This document shows, piece by piece, positions 53,700 to 64,000 of a stretch of 64,000 nt of DNA. The notes beneath the pieces are model-generated. The model was not told the origin of the DNA. It worked only from the letters and a program-made list of their open reading frames with translations, and ran no database searches. The DNA is taken from NCBI RefSeq assembly GCF_009914755.1, contig NC_060937.1; one strand, 5' to 3'. The first letter of the stretch is position 1. The number at the start of each line of letters is the position of its first letter. This stretch comes from the human T2T-CHM13v2.0 reference genome, Homo sapiens. The position numbers were made by a program, and so were the translations under genes.

Positions 53700-54892
53700 G
53701 AATTTTACTTTTAACTTATACATTTTACTAGATCTGTGTTCCAAATATATACACATGTATGAAGAATCAAACCCATATGAAACTCCTTATTCCTTATGAT
53801 GCTCTTACAGATTCTCATTTCTTTAAGAAGCAGCTAGAAGTCATTTTCCAATTTCTTAGTGATTCATCCTCCAGTGTCTCAGCACGCAATTTGTCTGGAG
53901 GCTCTTTACTCTTTTCATGTGTTATTAAGGCTTCTGGTTTCTCTTTGCTAGCTCTGTTTGCCTTCTTTCAGCCTTTTCTGTTATGGAGACTAATCATAAT
54001 TCAACAGGTATGTGAATCATGTTATCTGTGAGGCCTTGACTCCTATGCTTCTTGAGAATAGGGGCTTTCTTTCATCTCTGCATCATTAGTGCCTAGCAAA
54101 TGCCTGACACTAGTTGGTCTGTAACTGATAGTTCTGAAAGTGTAAATGAACACCTAACATTAATAAATCACTTTGAACCTCTTTTAGTGCTATGAAGAGA
54201 AATGGGTAAGGGACAAAGGGAAGACTTACAGAGGATTCCCATTCTTGTTCTAATGCTGACTTACAAGGGAGGTTTCTGTCCAGCAATACTATACATCAGG
54301 AAGTTGGGGTAAATCATTCACCTCCTGGAACGCTGGTGCCAAGGGACTAATACTTAGGCTTATGTTGCAAGGTGCTGTGATGCTGTGAATTGCAATCTCA
54401 AATTAGGCACTAGATTAATTGTTTCCTGGAGATCAAAACTCTAGTAAGTGGAGGTGAAGAAATAGGTATCAAGGACTGCCAGCCTTGTGTGTCTAGAGTA
54501 CCAGAAGTCCCCGGTGCCAGCCCCGAGTTGCCATTCTGAACTCTGGGACTCAGAGCAAAGCAGTTATCCCAGCCCTGCCTCTGTGTCCTTATTTCTACAA
54601 ACAGAGATAATAATAACTTGCCTTACTTGCCTGCTGTTAGGAAATTAATAGGAGGATCAAAAAAGATTGAAGAAATAAAAGCCGTATGTAAACTATAATG
54701 TTTCAGGTAAATATAAGTTAACCATGTTATATTCATAGCAGCATAGCCCGAAAATTGTGCAGATCTTAACTTTATAATACGCTCCAATTTCTGTATAATA
54801 TAGGAAACTGAATACTGGAAGTAGAAATTTAAACACTGAAGTAGAAATCATTATAAACTTTGGGTTAATGTTTTGGGGGAAAACAAAGACTC

Positions 54893-55147
54893 TTTTTTTT
54901 TTTTTTTTTGAGACAGGGTCTCACTCAGTCATCCAGGCTGGAGTGCAGTTGTGCAATCTCGACTCACTGCAACCTCTGCCTCCCAGTGTCAAGCCATCCT
55001 GTATAGCTGGGACCACAGGAAACAAAGCAACCATCATTCCAGGCTAATTTTTGTATTTTTTTTTTTTTTTTTAGAGACCAGGTTTCACCAGCCTGCCTTG
55101 GCCTCCCAAAGTGCTGGGATTACAGGCATGAGCCACCACACCCAGTC
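54893..55147 (-). mobile_element. Alu with internal deletions
   Basis: Alu similarity with missing segments. Confidence 0.85.
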
Positions 55148-56281
55148 TAAAGATGCTTTAACATTAAAAAATCAGGTGGTAGTTGGGTTTGGGGCAATAC
55201 CAATGTTTATGGAGTATTTAAGTAAAATTCATGTTTGAGTCCATATGATTAATGAAAAACACTAAACAGGCTATTTTAAGAAAATGTGATGTAATCCATA
55301 TAGAGACAATTCAACGTGCCTTTCCACTAGTTCCAAGAGCTATAGTTGAGTAGGGACAGGAGACCTGGGCCAGAGCAGTGGAGGGGCCCTGAGAGAGGGG
55401 TTTCCCTGACATCCAGCAGCTACACTTGCCTCTAGGAGAACTGGCAACACTGCCGAATTCCTTAACCTCTGGGCCCGGTTCCAGGGAAAGGAGGTGGTCC
55501 TGAGGTCACTGGCACAATCCACACATTTGTGACTGGGAGTTGACTGCCCTGTGAAACTCTCTAAATTGGTACCATCCAAAGGAAAGTGGTAACAAGTCAC
55601 TTTTGGTAGCAAGTCAGAATCAAGAGATAGTCAGTGCATATAGTAATCTCTTATATAATCAGAAAATGATTGCATGTTATCTCTTCCAGGTCAAAATGCA
55701 GCAAGTTGAAAATTTTATATACACAAAAAGCTCACATTAAACAAAATATGATCAGTGTTATATAATTAACTTTGACCTAGAAGTTAAAGTGCTAATTTTT
55801 CAAGAACATATTAATTTTAGAATGAATTTGGACTCTACTTTCTTTATGAAAATGATACTACTTGGTATGACTTACCTATCACAAATTCCAAGTTAGTGCT
55901 GGTCAATTCAACCAGGTTTCAACTAGAGTTGAAAAGGACTTCAAGGAAAAAATAGAATGTGGAAATGCTTGTTTGGAGCAACCTGTTGATTTTGAGGCAA
56001 TGTGTCCTACCCATTTTAAACTTCTAAAAGGAATAATTACAAATGTTGGCAGTGACATACAAGTACATTTAATATATTCGCCTATCTTCTTGAGTTTCCA
56101 AAATTACTTTTCAGAAATGAATATAAATTCTTACAATGCTGAATAGTGATTACATTACCAGTTAATTATAAAATGAAATTATTGCCTATATGCATAATTA
56201 TATTTTTAAGATTAGACTCATCAGTCCATTCTTTAACATGTACGCAAGAATCTGATCCATTCCCCATCTTTATTGACTTAA

Positions 56282-56771
<490 letters not shown>

Positions 56772-57231
56772 CAACCTACAGCTCTTAACAACAAAACTGC
56801 TAAAAACAATGACAATAAAAAGTTAAAAGCTGCAGTGCATATTGATTTTCTTGGAATATCTGTAATATAAAACACATAAGAATTTGGCTAATTACCCATT
56901 ATTAGATGCATCTGCCCCACACTTGTTTTTTTATTCATCTTATATACTGAGAGGAAGAAGATAGGAAAGGTTAAGTAAAATTTAAGTCAAAGTTGGTTTG
57001 GATGGAGAACTAATTTTGTTTTTTAATATTGATGATTTTTAATAGTATTGATACTATTCATTAATTCATTAATATACTAATTGATACGGTTTCATTAATA
57101 TAGGCTCTCATTCTCTTTCACATCCTTCTGTGATTGCATTAAGTAGCCAAAATTTTAGGGGCAATAAGCTGGCTAGGCTTATGACTTTGTTCTCCTTTAT
57201 TGCTCCATGGGAGTTCACCCTATAGCCCAGA

Positions 57232-57734
<503 letters not shown>

Positions 57735-58099
57735 TGAAGGGAGAGACTTTCCCTGACATCCTGGGGAAGGGATCATCTTCAGAAAGAAATTCTCTTTTCT
57801 CCCAGGTGACTGACTCTCTGAGGCCAGGTCATTGCAAGGAGGGAGAAAAGGAAGTTGGCATCTGGTACTCTCCTTTGTTCATTGCTCTTTTGGTCTACAC
57901 ATCAAGGTATCTAAAAGGTCTGCTCTTGGATTGCAAGGACACTGATGGACATTGCTACTTGGAGGCAAACAGGGAGGTAGAAAGGAAGTCATCTCTGTCA
58001 TGCCAGTAAATGAAGATGAACAAGTCATATCTTTCCCTCCAGATTATCCAGAGTCAAATGTTTTCTGCATTTACTTCCTTTCTGTTTTCCAAAACCCCC

Positions 58100-58445
58100 T
58101 GCTTCTCAAAGTGTGCATTGGAATCAGCTGGAGGGCTTGGGAAATTCCAATTTGCTGGGCTCTAGCTCCAGAGTTTCTGATTCAGTGGTTCTGGAGAGGG
58201 AGCTCAGGGCTTTGTAGTTCTAACAAGTGCTCAGGTGATGGTGATGCTGCTAGTTTGAGAACCACTGCCCTCACCTACTGTTTCTCAAAATGTGGACCAC
58301 AGACTACCCGATCCTAATCACCTGGAGTACTTGCTGAAACACAGGTTTAGGTCCTTAGTCAGAATCTCAGGGTGTGGGGGTTCAGGATGACAAACTTTGC
58401 CAAGTTCCCAAGTGACTCTCATGAGCTCTAAGCTTTGAGTCTACT
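58100..58445. mobile_element. Two adjacent MER5-type hAT relics
   Basis: CTTCTCAAAGTGTG...TTCTAACAAG...AGTTTGAGAACCACTG signature, followed by a second similar unit. Confidence 0.6.
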
Positions 58446-59674
58446 GTCTCATCCTTTAGCAATGCCTCATTTTAGGGCTCTATCCTATCTACATGAGCAG
58501 TGTCATACTAAGGGAGGAGTTCTCAGCTCACCTTTAAACTACAGAGGCAAACAAGATGCATCTCAAGTGCCAGCGATGCTCTGAAACGTATTTCCTGACT
58601 GGCTATGATGCAGGCCATGCTGTGGGAAGGAGGCATTGGCAGCCCATTGATGCCACCCTAGGTTGAGAGTCAGAGGGGAAGGTGGTCTTTGGAGATCTGT
58701 CTAGAGAATAGCAGTAATTGGTAAAACTCCAAGGGGAAGGAGACTCTTAGAGAATCAAGGAGGGCTGGGTGGTCTAGCTGGCCCCTGACCTATAATGATC
58801 CACCCTATTGAGAGTTCCTTCTTAGGCAGCCTCAGCCGAGAGCTCTTTTCACACTCCCCCTAGCCCATGCTGTTGAGTAAAAGAAGGCCCCCAAGTAGGC
58901 CCCAGAGGTCTTTATTCTTATTTATAAGAGCTTCTTGTCTTCATGAAATCAGGTAACAATCACTTTGACATTTGCATCGTTTAATAATTCCCAATACAAT
59001 TTGTGTCATTTAATAAATAATTCCCTTTAATAACAATAGAGACCCTTCACCTGAGACAAACAAAGAAGACACTTTCTAACTGACTTCATGTCAGTTTTAA
59101 GACCAAAAAGGAGAAGGTAGGGTTGAGGTGCTCATCTTGTGCATACACAGCCTCTCCAACACCAGCACTAGAATCCACTGAGAGACAGGCTCAGGCCAAG
59201 GTCACTGCAGCAATCCCTGCTCCACCCTCTCAATCTCACTACCTTTAGCTCCAGAGCCATGAAAGGAAACTGAGGCCAGAGCCAAAAGTGTGTTTAATAA
59301 AGGTTCAGCGAATACAAATGGGAAACTCTTCATAGGCCAGTCTCAGGTAGAATAAATGCTTTAACAGAGACTTCCAGAATCTGAAAGATTAACTTTGGTG
59401 GTAGAAAGGATACAAGATGATAACGTTCTTCTATTTGTGGGCAAATCTGGGTTTCCTGAGTCCTCACTAAGTACATTTTTTGAAGCTCAATGCTTTTTCT
59501 TGCAGCCAATATGCTAGACTCCAGCAAATCTGTTCAACCGCTCTAAGATGTTCTAAAATTATAAACCGGAACCTACACTCGCTTAAAAACCTCACACTCT
59601 AGGCTTCACACACCCTCTGCTCATCCTGTGTCAGGAACAAGGCAATTTCTTCAAAATCCCCTCTGCTGCTTTAC

Positions 59675-59791
59675 CTGAGCTGGTGGAGGCAGGGGACTTG
59701 CTACGCCTGGACGGTCCTGGGCTCTTGGTGGTGCTCCTGCGGGATGATGAAGCTATTTTGGTGTAAGAAGTGGACTTTACCACTCGACATT
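59675..59791 (-). CDS. DCLK1: DCLK1 coding exon (exon 5, 117 nt): (E)[38 protein letters not shown]
   Basis: Translation matches the DCLK1 segment after the DCX domains. Acceptor ttccccag|AATG, donor TCAG|gtaaag, phase 1/1. Confidence 0.97.
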
Positions 59792-61545
59792 CTGGGGAAA
59801 GAACAAAAACCACACATCATTATGGGGTAATGGCACACACACACCAACTCAAAATGCACAATAAACCTGGAAGTAGAAATATATGACCATCCTCAGTCAC
59901 ATCTACTTCCCACCAGCTGGGTTCTTGTCTATGTCAATGAAACCAAGAAAACAAAGAGGAAGGACAGGGTGGGCTTCTTAGACATGGAAGTAAATAATAC
60001 TTCAATCCCCCTAGGTTACACTCCTTACAATAATATTTTGGCTAGATTGGGAGTGATATAGGCTAATAAAGAGGTGTTTTGTTGGGTTTCTCTCTACTCA
60101 CTCCTTGAGTTATCTGTATATGTGGGTCTCTTGGGATAAACTGTTGTTGCTTCCAAGGAAAATGTTAGAAGAAAGGTCAACCTCATAAACCAAGAAATGT
60201 GGTGGTGGAAGATTCCGCCCACCACAACAGGACCAAGTTTATTGCCATGGGTCCTCACGGAGATAGTTGTGGGTCTTTATGATATGTGGGAGATGACAGC
60301 ATTTGCTTGGAAGAGGTAAAACTGGTGAAGAGGTGGTATTTCCCTGCTGCAAGGGCATCCTGCCAGCCTGTGCCACCACATGAAGCTGCCACAGATTTTA
60401 TACTGTGTCTGTGAAATGGTTTGTGGCTTGAGGATAAGAAACAACTTCACTTTCATTAGATTTAAATTCTCAGTGTTCATGTCCATTATATTCAATGCTG
60501 AACATCTTAAATGGCAGAGAGTTTTCTATTTCTCTCTTAGTGAGCTCCCTTGACCAATTATGATGCTGTACAAACCCACATATCTTGTTCTTAAGAAACT
60601 GCTTCTAATAATTAACAAAAAAATATATGCTTGTAAGGATAATCAATGTTCACTGTAGATGGAAAAATATAAGGCATATTTTAAAACACCCCCAATAACC
60701 CATGATCAAATGATACTTTATTTTTGGAGGGGGGTATAGAAACTTCTAGAATTTTTGTCTATGCATTTATATATTTCAGCATTAGGATTTGTTCATATGT
60801 GTTGATCTGTTACCAACCCTTTTCACAATACAGTATCTTGTGAGCATTTTCACTCTGTTATTTAATGGCTGTTGAGCATCTGACTGCATGGAATACCATA
60901 ATTTACTTAACCGAATTCCAACTATTGAATATCTAACTTGCTTTCAGTATTTCACTGTTATAAATAATTACTCAATGACACCTTTGTAAATGAGTGTGCA
61001 GTTATCCTATCACTCCCTTAGGACAGATTTAGTCCCTGGCACTTGACATTTAGTTTCTAGTAGCCAGAAACCAAGGGCACACTGTGGGTGCTCAAAAATA
61101 TTTACCGACCCTTTTCTTTTTAAAAAATTATAAATTCAAAATTTAAAAAATAGCAATAGCTATTTGTTCTTTCCCCTTCAATATCACTACCTTTGTGATA
61201 TTGTTCTTTCCCCTTCAATATCACTAACATTTTTAATAGTGTAAGGACCTTACCATAGCTTTTCTAAGCTTATATAAACACATATATACATAGCCAGGTT
61301 TTTGTTTGCTTTTTATAAAAATGGCAAGATAGCGACATATTTTATACATTTTCCATACTTATATATTATAATCATCTTTCTTGGTCAACCCATAGCAATC
61401 AAAACTGTTTTTCTAAACCCTGCATCATATTTTGTAATATGTTTATATCACAACTTATTCAATCATTCCCCTATTGATAGAAAGTCAGGTCACTCCTTAT
61501 ATTCTAATTTCTTCTTTATATTTTCCAACTTAAATAAAAAATTTT

Positions 61546-62136
<591 letters not shown>

Positions 62137-64000
62137 TCAAATTGTACTTTTATAGACAATGAGTGGTCATTTGCTGGGTCCCTCACTGAGGTTAGGTATT
62201 ACATTTTCAAAAAATCTTTGCCAATTTCTAAACAAATATTGGATTTCCTTTCTTGAAATCTGAATTGGTTTGATTGCCAGTAAAGTTGTACATTTTTCCC
62301 ACACGCATATTAGCCATTTGGATTTCTTCTTTTGCAATTACTTATTTATGTCCTACTTTCTCTTATTGGTTTGTAAGAGTGCATTCTATATGAAAGTTTA
62401 ACACTTAGTCTATCATGTTATAAATATTTATCATTGTAGGTAGTTGTTGAAATATGTTAGCTTTTCAAATGTGGTGAACCTTTTTAGTATAGTAGTTTTA
62501 AATTAAACTACTTTAACTTTTCCATTATATATTTTAAATCCCATTTTACGCTTTAGTAACAAAGAACTCATAATCATTCCAGATCTCATTCTGATGCCTG
62601 ACTTCAAAATTTTTCTTCCCTATCCACGCAATTTCTAATTTTCTAAATTCAAAACATGTTTCTCTCTCTTATATATTCTGAATTGCTTTATATAAACATC
62701 GTTTCCTATTTTTTTCTAACATCTAAACTAACAAAGTAGTTTAAATTGTTTAGTAAGAAAAGATGTGAGTTTATATGAAATACAGATGTTATAAGACTAC
62801 AAACAGGAGATAAGTCATGGAGGAGAGTGTGTCCTAGAGAGTCTCATGAATTGAAATGGGGGAAAAGAAGAGGGAATATTAAAAAAGAAGAGGAAGCAAA
62901 TTCTGCCTTGTGATATTTCTTCTTCCTCCACTTGTTTTCATAGCCCAAAGCAAAGAGAAATGAATCAAGGCATTACAGAGCCTGCCCAGTCTTCCCCAAC
63001 AGTTACTTGGGCCACTGTCACTGTTCTGGCCTGCCCAGTGACCCTGCAAGATATTTCTGTTTTTTAAAAAAAAGAAAAAAATCTATACATACAGGAATAT
63101 TGACAAAAATTAAAAGATAGGAGTAACCAAGAAACAACATTAACAACGTCAGAAAATACAATAGGAAAACCAGGACCGTTCCCATGGGACAATAACGCCC
63201 AAGGTGTCCGTGGAGATTTTGATTCGCAAAACAGAGCTTTGGAACGTGCCAAGGAGATCTCAGATTAGCTCATGGCTCTGACCATGCAACTGACAACACA
63301 TCCTGGAGTTTGTCCTAGCTTTGGCCTCTGCCTAGCCTTTTGGAAGTACACTAGCAACCAAACTGGAATGCCACAATGTCGCCGGCCCATTGGCATGCTT
63401 CCTCGTACATTTTTATCACGTGGCCACTACGTGCCAAGCATCGAGAGCTGCAGGCATGATGGAGAACAATACAAAGTTTTGGAACTCAAAACCTTTACCA
63501 TCTGGTAATGGTGCATAGAGTCTTTTCACCAGTGAGGCCTCTTTTTGCTAATTTTTATTTCATGGACCTCATGTTTGAAAAATGTTAGTTTATGCAACAC
63601 ATTGTTGTTAAGTAACATTCAATTTTCTCATTTTAAATAAAAATCAAGATGATCATGAGGGCAGATGACCAGAACTTTTTGTCCCAGGTTATGAACATTC
63701 AGAGGTCACATAAATTTAAAACAATGATTTTAAAAGCTCAGCATCTAGTTAGCAAGAATGAATAGTTAAGATAGAAAGCTAACAGATGGTACACATTGTT
63801 CATAATATCCATCTGTGATCCACAATGTGAATTTAAAAGTTGGTTTTAGGGTTCATGGCATGCTGTTTGGCACAGGTGCCAGAGTTGCTAGCTGTGGCTA
63901 TAACTACCAACCAGCAATCCAGGACACCATAATAGAACCAATCTTACCACACTCAGTTGACACTTTTCCAAGTACCAAAAAGAAACTTGGTATTTCTGTG

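Overview
Human (primate) genomic DNA containing the middle of the DCLK1 (doublecortin-like kinase 1) gene on the minus strand. Seven consecutive canonical coding exons, conventionally exons 5-11, can be spliced by hand with GT-AG boundaries and consistent phases. They encode the Ser/Pro-rich linker and the kinase domain up to [10 protein letters not shown]. The window also holds the internal promoter and MLELIE first exon of the short isoforms (DCLK1-S/CPG16, CARP), and the kinase-less terminal exon DLYRPLSSDDLDSVGDSV* with a probable ~4.9 kb 3'UTR. The rest is intron with about 20 Alus (one a young AluYa5), an ERV1 solo LTR, Tigger3, MADE1, MER5/MIR/L2/L1 relics and microsatellites. I cannot prove a new system from sequence alone. 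The strongest unexplained signal is a pair of well-formed exon candidates at 28.28-28.64 kb (in-frame 36-nt exon, 94-nt intron, CpG/Pro-rich terminal exon) that would make extra kinase-less or linker-extended DCLK1 isoforms. Other leads are a possible human relic of the rodent Arg-rich insert, a CRE/AP-1/MEF2/NF-kB cluster at the internal promoter, paired RFX boxes, two CTCF motifs and an L1-retroposed LTR 3' fragment. Coordinates of old repeats are approximate, and exon numbers and family names come from memory.
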